64,000 nucleotides of DNA from a candidate division FCPU426 bacterium (GTDB taxonomy: Bacteria; Oederibacteriota; PGYV01; Palsa-1178): positions 1,152,001 to 1,216,000 of the forward strand of contig CAWIXE010000001.1 of NCBI GenBank assembly GCA_963840035.1. The letters are read 5' to 3'. The translations under genes were made by a program, and so were the position numbers. Numbering within the stretch: position 1 is the first letter of the stretch; the number at the start of each line of letters is the position of its first letter. Below the pieces are notes generated by a model that did no database searches, was not told the DNA's origin, and saw nothing but the letters and a program-made list of their open reading frames with translations. Of the stretch, positions 30,185 through 40,243 are shown piece after piece.

Positions 30185-32128
30185 ATGACAAAAATATCAA
30201 AAACTGTACTGGCTTTTATACTGCTGGGGCTGATTTTATTGGCCTCACTTGACGCCATATTCAGGGAAGTGATTTCTTATAAGCTGATAATTGTATATCT
30301 GATTCTTTTATGCCTGGCGCCTTATGCCGTGAATGACGCTAAGGTTGAAAAAAAGGATGTTTTACCGTCGTTATTCCTGGTTTTTTCCCTTATAGCGGTT
30401 TCCGCCGGGCAGTATATTATGTCTTTCCATTCCTTTATATGGCTCTGGCTCGGGATAACTTTCATGGCTGCCGGCCTGGTTTTCGCGGCATTTAGGCCTG
30501 AGGCAGGGGAGGCAACAGGCGGGGAAGTAAAATTAAGCAGGGCAGCCGAGTTTATGATTTTTTCAGGGATTATGCTGCTGGCTTTCGGCTTAAGGTTCTA
30601 TGACCTGGCAGGCCTGCCGGCTGGAGTCTGGTATGACGAGGCGCAGAACGGAAATGAAGCCTTAAATATAATTGAAGGCAGGCTTCCCGGGATATGGATA
30701 GCAAGGCTCACCGACATGCCGGCCATGTTTTTCTACATGGCGGCCGCCTTTATGAAGGCTTTTGGCGAGGACGCTGTTTCCATGAGGTATATTTCCGCCT
30801 TAACCGGGTCTTTAAGCGTGGCCGCGTTTTACTTCCTTCTCCGGGCGTTTTTGAAGGATAAACCCCTGGCCTTGGCCGGAGCGCTTTTGCTGTGCCTAAC
30901 GCGCTGGCACATAACATTTTCCAGGGTGGCTTTCCTGGGCATGCCCACGCTCATGCTGGAGGTACTGACATTATATTTTTATGTAAAGATAAAAGACGGC
31001 AGGAAACCGTTTTACGCAATCGCGGCCGGGGCAGTAATGGGGCTGAATTTTTACTCCTTCAGCGCGGCATATTTTGTCCCTTTAATTATAGCTGTTCATG
31101 CCCTGATAATATCGCTCACAGGATCCGATAAAAAGGAAAAGATTCCGCTTATCCGTATTTTCTGCCTTTTTGCAACAGCGTTAGCGGTATCTCTGCCGCT
31201 GCTGGCTTTCGCCGCGGTCAACCCGGCAATCTTTACCAAGAGGATAAATGACATAAATATCCTTAAAGACATTAAGAACGCGGGCGGACTTGAACCGCTT
31301 TATAAAGCCATAAGCACGCACCTGCTGATGTTTAATTTTGAAGGGGATTATAACGGCAGGCATAACCTTTACAAAAAACCCATGCTTGACGCGGTTTCCG
31401 GGGCGCTTTTTGCCTTTGGACTGTTCTCCGGAATGTTCAGGAGAAGGAATATTCTGTTAACAATTTGGTTATTTGTTACTCTTGCGGCGGGGATGTCCGC
31501 CATAAGCGTGGAAGCGCCTCAGGCATACAGGATACTGGGGCTTGTCCCGGCGGTATGCGCGTTCATGGTAATAGGGTTAAGGGAAATACGCGCCGTACTT
31601 GTCATGTTCAATAAAAAACAGGCATATTTTTTCCTGCTGGCCGGTGTAATAATAATCTCGGCGGGTTTTATTAATGTTAAGCAGTATTTTATTGAATATC
31701 CAAAGGAAGCTTCCACATTTTCCTCGTTCTCCCCGGAGGCAAACGCGATTGCTGAAGTTTTGATAAAAAAAAGCCCTGAATATTACGGCTTAATATCAGT
31801 GGCAAAAGAAATCTACGGGTTTTATCCCTGGGAACAGAAAGTGGTATGCGAATTTTTAACGAGGAAAAAGGCGTCATTTGGATACATTAACGGTGAAGTA
31901 AAGGTTTTTAATGGCCAGCTTGAAGGGCGCAAAGGGGTAATGCTGATAGTCAGGCCATCCGACGTAAGCGAGATAAAACGGATAGAAGCGCTGTACCCGC
32001 GTGCGGTTAAGGAAGCGCACCCGAATCCGCATGCTGACGAAAATATGTTTATATGTTATTATGTGAATAAGGAAGATATAAAAGGGTACAAGGTACAAGG
32101 TTCAGGGCCCATACAGGTTTTACCCTGA
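30185..32128 (+). CDS. GT-C membrane glycosyltransferase (ArnT/PMT-like)
   Basis: LRFYDL..LP.G.WYDEA, WHITFSR, many TM segments. Confidence 0.8.
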   Translation: MTKISKTVLAFILLGLILLASLDAIFREVISYKLIIVYLILLCLAPYAVNDAKVEKKDVLPSLFLVFSLIAVSAGQYIMSFHSFIWLWLGITFMAAGLVFAAFRPEAGEATGGEVKLSRAAEFMIFSGIMLLAFGLRFYDLAGLPAGVWYDEAQNGNEALNIIEGRLPGIWIARLTDMPAMFFYMAAAFMKAFGEDAVSMRYISALTGSLSVAAFYFLLRAFLKDKPLALAGALLLCLTRWHITFSRVAFLGMPTLMLEVLTLYFYVKIKDGRKPFYAIAAGAVMGLNFYSFSAAYFVPLIIAVHALIISLTGSDKKEKIPLIRIFCLFATALAVSLPLLAFAAVNPAIFTKRINDINILKDIKNAGGLEPLYKAISTHLLMFNFEGDYNGRHNLYKKPMLDAVSGALFAFGLFSGMFRRRNILLTIWLFVTLAAGMSAISVEAPQAYRILGLVPAVCAFMVIGLREIRAVLVMFNKKQAYFFLLAGVIIISAGFINVKQYFIEYPKEASTFSSFSPEANAIAEVLIKKSPEYYGLISVAKEIYGFYPWEQKVVCEFLTRKKASFGYINGEVKVFNGQLEGRKGVMLIVRPSDVSEIKRIEALYPRAVKEAHPNPHADENMFICYYVNKEDIKGYKVQGSGPIQVLP

Positions 32129-32165
32129 AACAATAACTTTGCACCCGGAACCCTAAAGGAGCCCT

Positions 32166-33128
32166 ATGCCACAGATTTTTGATTATGAGATGGAGAGCAA
32201 CTATATAGCTGTGCCTGAGACAACCACTGCCGGCGAAACAATAAAGCTGCTGCGCGAGGCTGCCAGCGAGGACATGATATTCTACACATATGTGGTTAAT
32301 GAATTTAAGATACTGAAAGGCGTCCTGCCGCTGCGCAAACTGCTCATGGCGCCGCCTGAAAAGGCCGTAAGCGCGATTATGAACACGGCCTTAACAGTTG
32401 TGAACGCAAAAATGACGCAGGAAGAGGTAAATGAGCTCTTCAGGAAGACAAAATACCTCGCCATCCCGGTAGTGGATGACGCGGAGCGTATAATGGGGAC
32501 GGTGACCCTTAAAAAGGCCGTGGATGACATGGCCATGGAAAACGCGGATGAGGTGCTGAAAATTCAGGGCGCTGACATCAATGTCTTTGACGCCTCATTT
32601 TTTACCAGGCTGAAGGTCAAATTGCCGTGGCTTATTACGACCGTCATATCGGGCCTTACATGCGGATTCATAATGCATTATTTTGAAAAAACGGCGCTCT
32701 CTAAGGTGCTGGCACTGGCGTTTTTCATACCGCTGATTACGGCCATGGGCGAAAGCGTCGGAGGGCAGTCTTCCGCGATTATCATAGAGGGGCTGATCCT
32801 GGGAAAATTAAAAGGCCAAAAGGTCATTAATATATTATTCAATCAGCTGCTTGAAGGCCTGGTCATGGCCCTGATAATCGGCGGGCTGGTGGCGGCAATC
32901 ACCATACCGTGGCTTAACAGCCCCATGATAGCGGTATTGACGGGGTTAACGATATTTACCACGGTGCTTATAGCCACACTCAACGGAACGCTCGTTCCGC
33001 TTGTCTTAAAAAATATGGGCATTAATCCGGTAGTATCCACGAACCCGCTGGTTTTCGCCATTACCGACATAATGGTTCTGATATTTTACTTCCTTCTGGC
33101 CATCATGCTCATGAGGCACATGTCCTAG
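32166..33128 (+). CDS. mgtE: Magnesium transporter MgtE (CBS pair + TM domain, no N-domain)
   Basis: YTYVV..L.G...LR.LL, IPVVD, LPWL, FIPLI.AMG, P...AITD. Confidence 0.85.
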   Translation: MPQIFDYEMESNYIAVPETTTAGETIKLLREAASEDMIFYTYVVNEFKILKGVLPLRKLLMAPPEKAVSAIMNTALTVVNAKMTQEEVNELFRKTKYLAIPVVDDAERIMGTVTLKKAVDDMAMENADEVLKIQGADINVFDASFFTRLKVKLPWLITTVISGLTCGFIMHYFEKTALSKVLALAFFIPLITAMGESVGGQSSAIIIEGLILGKLKGQKVINILFNQLLEGLVMALIIGGLVAAITIPWLNSPMIAVLTGLTIFTTVLIATLNGTLVPLVLKNMGINPVVSTNPLVFAITDIMVLIFYFLLAIMLMRHMS

Positions 33129-34171
33129 TGAAAAAATACCTTGCGGCCCTGGCAATGTTGCTTGTGTGTTCCGCTGTTTTTGCGGCTGATGAACAGGCGC
33201 TTACGGCGCATAAGTTCAGGATATATTACCTTGTAAAAGGCGAGATGGCGAAAAAACCGGCCATGCCTGATTTCGGGTATATGATACAAAAAACATTTCC
33301 GCTGCGGGCGAAAGAATTCCTGCTGCCGGCCAGGTACTCTGAATTTTCAAAGCCTGTAATATCAAAGACAGCCGCAGCCATCCTTGAAACCCTGCCTGAA
33401 CACAGGCGCAAAAACGCTGTTTACGCGTCTGAAGCCGTATTTAATTATGTAAAGGCGTCAATTACCGCAAAGGCTGAGCCGGAAGGGGTATTTTCAAATC
33501 CGCATGAAGCGTATTCATCGGGCGCCGAGGCCATCGGCAATGGCAGCGGAAACAACCTTGAAAAATGCAGGGCAGCCACAGCCCTTTTGCGCTCAATTTC
33601 AATTCCGGCGAGGATATCATACTGGAGCGGGCATTATGTCGTGGAATATTATATTAAGCCCCTTGAAAAGGGGAAATATGACCCTGACTGGCACATAATG
33701 GATTTTACTGGCGCATATGATGCCGCGGAGGGAAGAGTTGAGCCGATATCCTGGAATCCCGTGGATTATAAGGAACATGTAAACGAGGAATGGTCCGGCA
33801 ATTCCATGAATGTAAGGGTTGTATCGGTTAAAAATACGCACATGGAACTAAATGAAGCCGAGTCAATGGCCCTGTTTTCAAACATTGTTTCCGGAGCTGA
33901 GCCGGATGTGAAGGGAAATACAACCTTGAATAAATTCTTCCTTTTAAAGGAAGTTGATTATGAACTTACCCTTCCGGATGGTATTACCGCGGCCATGGCG
34001 GAATTCACCATGCCTTTTAATGAAACCCGTTATTTTAAGACTTTCAAGTTTTATGTCAGGCCCCTTGACCCCGGGCTGAAAGTCTCCCAGAAAAGGACCC
34101 ACACCTACATAAATCCGTATGTCAAAGGAATGATATATACACTGCCCGTGGAGTTCAGTATTTCCAAATAA
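33128..34171 (+). CDS. Secreted transglutaminase-like domain protein
   Basis: Signal peptide; ALLRS..IPAR...GH.V.EYY...W...D. Confidence 0.6.
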   Translation: MKKYLAALAMLLVCSAVFAADEQALTAHKFRIYYLVKGEMAKKPAMPDFGYMIQKTFPLRAKEFLLPARYSEFSKPVISKTAAAILETLPEHRRKNAVYASEAVFNYVKASITAKAEPEGVFSNPHEAYSSGAEAIGNGSGNNLEKCRAATALLRSISIPARISYWSGHYVVEYYIKPLEKGKYDPDWHIMDFTGAYDAAEGRVEPISWNPVDYKEHVNEEWSGNSMNVRVVSVKNTHMELNEAESMALFSNIVSGAEPDVKGNTTLNKFFLLKEVDYELTLPDGITAAMAEFTMPFNETRYFKTFKFYVRPLDPGLKVSQKRTHTYINPYVKGMIYTLPVEFSISK

Positions 34172-34265
34172 AGCGGATAACCCGCGTGTAAAGGCTGAAT
34201 TTTACCCTTGAAAAAAACGTGTGATTCTAATATCATATAGTAACCAATTAAACGGAGGTGTTTAC

Positions 34266-34685
34266 ATGAAAAAAGCTGTTGTTGCTTCTATCATCGTAAT
34301 ATTTATGCTGTTATTTTCAGGCTGCGGCCAGGAACTTAAAATCACGGTTTATAACGCTACCGGCTATTCAACAGCGTCAAGCGGCTGGGTGGCGATTAAC
34401 GCGCATTCCGAGTCGTTTGACCAGTGGATACTGCCCACGACTTATGCCGTAAGCGACGCTTATTGCGACGCCAATAACAGCTATACATTTACAGCAAAGG
34501 AAAATGATACCATTGAGATCGGCGGAAACGGCGCGGAGTATACGTTTGACAGTACGGGAAACGTGATAGGGCAAAATCCGTTCACGCTGCCGAACGGGAC
34601 CAAAACCATTTATGGGGATTTTTTAAGCACCCCGACATGGTATGCGGCTGTTAATATGGAATCAATTATCTTCTATAAAAAGTAA
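34266..34685 (+). CDS. Lipoprotein of unknown function
   Basis: GGAGG RBS; MKK + hydrophobic stretch + lipobox FSGC. Confidence 0.75.
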   Translation: MKKAVVASIIVIFMLLFSGCGQELKITVYNATGYSTASSGWVAINAHSESFDQWILPTTYAVSDAYCDANNSYTFTAKENDTIEIGGNGAEYTFDSTGNVIGQNPFTLPNGTKTIYGDFLSTPTWYAAVNMESIIFYKK

Positions 34686-35485
34686 TGAAAAAGCTGCTTG
34701 AAAGCATATTTAAGGATGCCCGCCGCTCTATCTTAAAGGGCCTGCCTGCGGGTAAGACAGGGATAAATAACAAGGGTGACATAACAAAATATTTTGATGC
34801 CTACACTGAGAAAAAAATAATTTCCGCGCTTAAAAAACATTCCGGCATAAAAGCCTCAATAATTTCCGAAGAACTGCGTGTTCCCATGGTTATAAACAGC
34901 CGCTTAAAAACGCCCATGCGTTATGTCATTGTTGACCCCGTGGACGGCTCGGATAATTATCTAAGCGGCGTGCCTTTTGTGTGCCTTGGCATAGCGGTGT
35001 TTGATGAAGACATGGAGCCGTTATATTCGCTGGCGGGGAACTACTACACAGGTGATTATTTTTACGCGGACAGAAAAAATCTTCTATTAAACGGCCGGAA
35101 ATTTGACGCTTCAAAGCATTCCAAGGCGCCATGCGACATATTGTACTTTGCCTTTACCGATACTGCCGTGGAAACAGGCGGGGAATTCAGGAAGGTGTTC
35201 CTGCACTCGGGAAAAGTCAGGTCCCTGGGAGCCACCATAGGGGAGCTGATGCTGGTCATAAAAGGCGGGGCAAAAACATTTGTGGATGTACGCGGAAAAC
35301 TCACCCCGGAAAACTTCGCCCCGTTCTTTCTTATAACAAAACATACAAAAGCGAAATTCACGGACGAATACGGCAGGGATTTTGTGTTAAGGAGCAAATT
35401 GCTTACGGATGAGTATAATGTGGTTTTTTCCAACAATGAAATGGAACACAAGAGGACGATCCAAAAATTGAAAAAATTCCTGTAA
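34685..35485 (+). CDS. Inositol monophosphatase / FBPase family protein
   Basis: ISEE, VDPVDGSDNY, VRSLGA. Confidence 0.8.
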   Translation: MKKLLESIFKDARRSILKGLPAGKTGINNKGDITKYFDAYTEKKIISALKKHSGIKASIISEELRVPMVINSRLKTPMRYVIVDPVDGSDNYLSGVPFVCLGIAVFDEDMEPLYSLAGNYYTGDYFYADRKNLLLNGRKFDASKHSKAPCDILYFAFTDTAVETGGEFRKVFLHSGKVRSLGATIGELMLVIKGGAKTFVDVRGKLTPENFAPFFLITKHTKAKFTDEYGRDFVLRSKLLTDEYNVVFSNNEMEHKRTIQKLKKFL

Positions 35486-35531
35486 ATCCCGGCGTATAAA
35501 AGCGTGGATGCCAAATATCCATAAAACACAA

Positions 35532-36008
35532 TTATTTGAAGATCTTTTTAACCAGTCCGTACATATTAACCGTATTTTTATCAAAAAGCACCAGGCTTCC
35601 GGACATGCCCAGCAGCACCAGGTCCCTTATTATTGCCGGCCAGCCCACTTTCAGCTCCATCCACTCAATCAGGTCAAAGCACCCGCATTCTATCTGCATG
35701 CCCCGCGCGAAAGCCTGTGCTATGGCTACGGTGTAGACTAAAAGAAGCCCTGAAATAATGACTGCCGAGCTCTGGACAAAAATATCAAGCAGAAGGAACA
35801 GCCCTGCAATGACCTGCAGCCACGGGATGACAAGGGCCATGGGGGAGACAAACATGTGCGGGACCATCTTATACGCTTCGATTGAATCCATCATTTTCGC
35901 GGGATTTGTTATCTTTGTAATGCTGGAAAAAAGAAAAAGCACCCCGAGGGCCACCTTAAAAAAGGCAAGCGTCCCGGGGTGTGATAATACTTTTATGACT
36001 GTTTTCAT
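35532..36008 (-). CDS. DoxX/MauE family membrane protein
   Basis: K...P, Y, PW.Q..AG, RG..IECGCF, IIRD. Confidence 0.85.
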   Translation of the reverse strand: MKTVIKVLSHPGTLAFFKVALGVLFLFSSITKITNPAKMMDSIEAYKMVPHMFVSPMALVIPWLQVIAGLFLLLDIFVQSSAVIISGLLLVYTVAIAQAFARGMQIECGCFDLIEWMELKVGWPAIIRDLVLLGMSGSLVLFDKNTVNMYGLVKKIFK

Positions 36009-36850
36009 TATTTCTGCGGGGCGGGTGAAAGCTGTGCCGCAGGCGCTGCAACTGCCGGCGCCGCAGCAGCGGGAGCCGCCGCCCTGACTGTTATGGGATA
36101 TTTATGTTCGTTCCATTTGGGCCAGCCGCCGAAGAAAATAGCGACCTTCCTGAATCCGTTGTCATATAATAAGTACGCTGTCTTGTCTGAAAGGTGGCAT
36201 CCGACGCCGTGGCAGTATGTCACTGCTACTTTATTGCCGATCTGTTTCCTGAACTTTTCCACCAGTTCAACAGGGCTTCCGGCAGGGATGTTTATGGAGC
36301 CTTTAATGTGTGATTCTTCATATTCGTTCGCGCCGCGGGCGTCAACAAATATCGCTTTGCCGCTGTCGTAGAGATACTCCGCGTCCTCTATGTCTATGCG
36401 GTGTATTTTGTCCTTTGAATCAAGGGGCTTAAAATATACTTTGCACCTTAACGGGATGTTTGAAGAAGTTGGGACCGGCCCGGGGGCTGAAGCAGCGGCG
36501 GCTGCCTGATTTGAAGTACTGGCAGAAGCAGGGCTGACAGGTACGGTTACTATTTTTCCGGTCTTGGGGTCTTTAATCTGGATGCTTGTGGTCGCGGGCA
36601 CCGGCGTGGGAACCGAAGCGGTAGCTGTAGCAGCGGCGTTTGCCGCGTCTTTAGCGAGCTTGGCTGTCCTCATGTTGGAATAAACAATTCCAAGGACAAT
36701 GGCCGCTATGAAGATGACAGAAGCAACAATGATTGGCTGAAGGATACTAGAGCCGGTTTTTGCTTTTACAGCTTCAGTTACAGGGACGGAATGTTTTACC
36801 GATCTTTTGACTGCTTTCTTTACTGCTTTTTTAACTGCTTTTTTTGCCAT
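36008..36850 (-). CDS. Membrane-anchored rhodanese-domain protein
   Basis: FVDAR...Y...HIKGSINIP, YCHGVGCHLS, GGW..W. Likely start MAKK at 36850. Confidence 0.82.
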   Translation of the reverse strand: MAKKAVKKAVKKAVKRSVKHSVPVTEAVKAKTGSSILQPIIVASVIFIAAIVLGIVYSNMRTAKLAKDAANAAATATASVPTPVPATTSIQIKDPKTGKIVTVPVSPASASTSNQAAAAASAPGPVPTSSNIPLRCKVYFKPLDSKDKIHRIDIEDAEYLYDSGKAIFVDARGANEYEESHIKGSINIPAGSPVELVEKFRKQIGNKVAVTYCHGVGCHLSDKTAYLLYDNGFRKVAIFFGGWPKWNEHKYPITVRAAAPAAAAPAVAAPAAQLSPAPQK

Positions 36851-37138
36851 ATTAACACCGCCTTCATAATGTATGTCAAATTGTCCGCGGTCACGAATAG
36901 CGCAGATATAAGTCCGCGGTTTGCTGACTGAATTATGATATTTCATTTTTTGCCTGTTGTCAAGTGGGTTTTATATCATTTTGCAGGCAAGCTTGATGAA
37001 ACTTACAATTCAACGAAAAACCTTATTTTAAAGGCAGTTATCATTACAAGTGCCGAAATAGCGGCAATTATTAATATATTTTATAAAACCGGTTCAATTA
37101 TAACGCCACTTTAATCGTGTAAATTGCAATCAGGGTAA

Positions 37139-37177
37139 TTGACAAAATATATTACATTTGATATACTAATATTAGTA
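37139..37177 (+). promoter_or_regulatory. Sigma70 promoter with an overlapping 14-bp palindrome
   Basis: TTGACA-17-TATACT; TACTAATATTAGTA at 37164-37177. Confidence 0.65.
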
Positions 37178-37218
37178 ACTGGAAATCTCCAAAATACAAA
37201 CTCGAAAGAGGGGAAATT

Positions 37219-38091
37219 ATGAAAGAAAAACTAGTCGGGATAGGCGCAACAGCAAAATTATGCGGATTATCAGAAAGAACCCTGCGTTATTGGGAAAGCC
37301 TCGGGCTGATCAAACCGGTAAGGCTGCCTTCAGGCCACAGGAAATTTTCAAAAACCATGATCAAGAAAATAATCGCGATCAGGGATATCCTGGAAAAATA
37401 CAATCTCAGAATCAATGACCTTATCACATCCTCGAAATTCCTTCAGGATGACCTTTTAAAGGATAAAGTCGAATCGCCGGATGTATTTGACCTTAATATC
37501 ACCCTTGATTCGGAAGTTTATGAATTCGCGAAAAAGAACGGCCGGATAAACCCGCTTTCCGGACTGCCTGACGCGCTTTTTGTGCAGCAGGAAATGAACC
37601 GCAGGATGGATGACGACGCGAAGCTTGCGGTGTGCTACATAGATATGAAGGATTTCAAATATTATAACAAACGTTACGGTTATGAAAAAGGCGACGCAGT
37701 CTTAAAATTCCTATCGGCCGTCATCTATGACGTTGTCAAGGAAAACGGGGAAAAGCAGGATATCGCCGGACACTGCGGCGGGGATAATTTTGTGGTCATA
37801 ACCACCCACGACCGTTACGCCAAGATATGCTCGGAGCTTATCAAGTCCTTTGACCTGCTTATCGAACAGCATTATGAGAAACCCGACAGGGAAAAAGGCT
37901 ATATAGTGACAAACTCAAGGCGCGGCGAGGAAATGAGGACCCCGCTTATGACCCTGTCCGTGAGCATAGTCTGGAACGTAAAAAGGAAGCTTTCGCATTT
38001 CGCGCAGGCCGCGGACATAGCCTCCGAGCTCAAACAGTACGCGCAGAAATTCCCTAAGTCGGAGTATGTTGTGGACAGAAGGACCAACTAA
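37219..38091 (+). CDS. MerR-HTH / GGDEF-domain fusion protein
   Basis: IG..AK.CG.S.RTLRYWE..GLI.P.R...G.R.F; NPLSGLP, D...FK.YN..YG...GD, GGDNF. Confidence 0.85.
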   Translation: MKEKLVGIGATAKLCGLSERTLRYWESLGLIKPVRLPSGHRKFSKTMIKKIIAIRDILEKYNLRINDLITSSKFLQDDLLKDKVESPDVFDLNITLDSEVYEFAKKNGRINPLSGLPDALFVQQEMNRRMDDDAKLAVCYIDMKDFKYYNKRYGYEKGDAVLKFLSAVIYDVVKENGEKQDIAGHCGGDNFVVITTHDRYAKICSELIKSFDLLIEQHYEKPDREKGYIVTNSRRGEEMRTPLMTLSVSIVWNVKRKLSHFAQAADIASELKQYAQKFPKSEYVVDRRTN

Positions 38092-38095
38092 AACA

Positions 38096-38128
38096 GCAAT
38101 TACTAATTAATAATTACGAATTACCAAT
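38096..38128. repeat. Single arm of heptamer family B
   Basis: GCAATTACTAATTAATAATTACGAATTACCAAT, just after the stop codon. Confidence 0.7.
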
Positions 38129-38133
38129 ATATG

Positions 38134-38159
38134 AAGGCGGGCTGATGCCCGCCTTTTTT
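38134..38159. terminator. Terminator between convergent genes
   Basis: AAGGCGGGC-tgat-GCCCGCCTTTTTT. Confidence 0.75.
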
Positions 38160-40236
38160 ATTTATTATTATTTATTCCGAGGGTGTCGAGTTTTTCTATG
38201 AAGGCTATATAGGGGTCCACGTCGGAGCGCGACGGGTTTAACTCCTTTATTTTCTTAAAGCAGCGCAGCGCTTCGGCATAATCCTTACGGCCGTAGCTTG
38301 TAACCGCAAGGTTGTACCAGCCGTTCTCATAATCCGGTTTTATGCGCACGCTCTCCCTGTACATTTCCGCGGCTTTCTCCATATTCCCCGTGTTGTAGTA
38401 GCCGTTGCCCATGTTATAAATGTATTCGTGGTCTTCGGGGGCGAAGTAATGCGCCAGGGTAAAATAGTAAAGGGATCTGTCGTTTAAACCGGCATCTTCA
38501 AAAAAAGTGCCGGTTGAATTAAGTGAAACGGAGTAGTCATGCACAAAAAGATCCAGGGTCTTTTTGTCGACTGTTTTCCCGCGCTTGTCAAAGATGCCGC
38601 GTAAATTGTAAAACTTCCAGATGCTGTCAAGGGCCGCGGCGTAATTATATGTGGGTACAGCCTGGTCAACGCGGAGCACCTTAAAAATAATGCCTTTGGG
38701 CATGAGCATAAGGCCGTCCTTCATGGCGTTTTCCTCGGGTTTGTTATATGAATAGTAAAGGGGGAAAGAGGAATAGTTCATCTTTATAATGGCGTTAATA
38801 ATTAAACCCGTGGACTCGGTGCCGATTTGTTTCGTGGTGATGGCCGGCACGCGCACAGCGGGGTTCTGTTTTTTAATATTGTCCCTGACCCACTGCATTG
38901 GCAATACTGCCGAACCTACCAGCGTCACATCGGGCCTGTAATGTTTCACGTATTTAAAATACCAGCCCGGGAAAACTACGCCGTCACCGGTGGTAAAGGC
39001 GATGGAGTTATAATCCAGAGAATCCAGAAGGTTTTTATTATAGTCATACGTGTAAAAGTAGGAACTCTTATCCAGCCGCGGATAAAACAGGAGGAGCTGC
39101 GCCGCTAACAGAGAGCATCCGAGGGCCGCGGCAATACCCCGCCGCCATTTTTTATGCGCCGGCTTGAGCAATGAATACAGGAAAATTACGCCAAAAGCGG
39201 CGAAAATTGAAAACGGGAAGTAAACCGGGGAGATATACGTCTCCATTATATAAAGCCTGTCTTTCTGCAGGTTAAGGTAAAGGGAGGTGATAAAAAGCAG
39301 CGTGGCGGGTATGGCTGTCAAAAATATGAAAAGGTTCCTGTCCCTGCGGAACATCATGAACATGCCCGCTATTACCAGCGCCGCGCCGGCGTAAGCGTAA
39401 GCGTAGGCTGACGAACTCAGGAACTTTAAAGCCTGGCGCAGGGAACCTTCAAGCGAACGGGTGCCCTCGCTTCTGACATACTGCCAGCGTGTGATTACTT
39501 CCATGAAATTTTCCGGGGTTGAAGGGGAGCCCCAGTTTAAGATAGCCGATTCCGCGCGTATGGGCAGGTAAAGGTAGGCGGTTAGCCCCAGCAGGAACAG
39601 GGCGGCGGCCGGAAGGTATTGTTTTAATCCTGATTCCCGGAATACTTTTGATTTAAATGCCATGAAGAAATAAGCGGGAACCATTATCAGCTGCGTCATG
39701 TGGTGGTGGCACAGGGACAGCCCGAAGATAAAAAAGAAAAGGTAAAAATACTTTTTGCTGTTATGGCTTTTTGAGTACGTTTCTATAAGCAGCCATGAAA
39801 GAATGAGTATAAAAAGGATGTTCAGCATGTAAACCCCGCCCTTTGCTATGGTGGACTGCTCCCACACCGTGAAGGAAAGGGAAAAGAAAAGAGGGGCCAA
39901 GACTCGTATAAAAGGCCCGGCTGACAGGGACATAAGCGGCAGTATCCTGGAGAATATGAGGTACACCATGAAAAAGCATGCCATGGAAATCAGCGCGGAA
40001 AAAACATATATTCTGTAACTCGTGTCGCCCAAGGGGATGTGTGTAAAGATGGCGCCGAGCATGGTATGGAGCGGGTAACCGGGCGGATGCTGGATTCCCA
40101 GGGTCTTTAAGCAGGTGATGGTCTCGCCGTCATCGCCCATGTAAACGGATGCGGGGACAGTGGAAAGATAAAAAAAGAAGACAAAAAGCGCGGCAGCCGC
40201 AGGGATAAGGATTGAAGAGTGTTTTTTAAGGTCCAT
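38158..40236 (-). CDS. DUF2723 (TMEM260-like) GT-C glycosyltransferase with C-terminal TPRs
   Basis: GDDGE, LGIQHPPGYPL, W.QS, GL..CHH, YLYLPIRA, NWG.P, TPR repeats. Confidence 0.87.
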   Translation of the reverse strand: MDLKKHSSILIPAAAALFVFFFYLSTVPASVYMGDDGETITCLKTLGIQHPPGYPLHTMLGAIFTHIPLGDTSYRIYVFSALISMACFFMVYLIFSRILPLMSLSAGPFIRVLAPLFFSLSFTVWEQSTIAKGGVYMLNILFILILSWLLIETYSKSHNSKKYFYLFFFIFGLSLCHHHMTQLIMVPAYFFMAFKSKVFRESGLKQYLPAAALFLLGLTAYLYLPIRAESAILNWGSPSTPENFMEVITRWQYVRSEGTRSLEGSLRQALKFLSSSAYAYAYAGAALVIAGMFMMFRRDRNLFIFLTAIPATLLFITSLYLNLQKDRLYIMETYISPVYFPFSIFAAFGVIFLYSLLKPAHKKWRRGIAAALGCSLLAAQLLLFYPRLDKSSYFYTYDYNKNLLDSLDYNSIAFTTGDGVVFPGWYFKYVKHYRPDVTLVGSAVLPMQWVRDNIKKQNPAVRVPAITTKQIGTESTGLIINAIIKMNYSSFPLYYSYNKPEENAMKDGLMLMPKGIIFKVLRVDQAVPTYNYAAALDSIWKFYNLRGIFDKRGKTVDKKTLDLFVHDYSVSLNSTGTFFEDAGLNDRSLYYFTLAHYFAPEDHEYIYNMGNGYYNTGNMEKAAEMYRESVRIKPDYENGWYNLAVTSYGRKDYAEALRCFKKIKELNPSRSDVDPYIAFIEKLDTLGINNNK

Positions 40237-40243
40237 CGATAAA

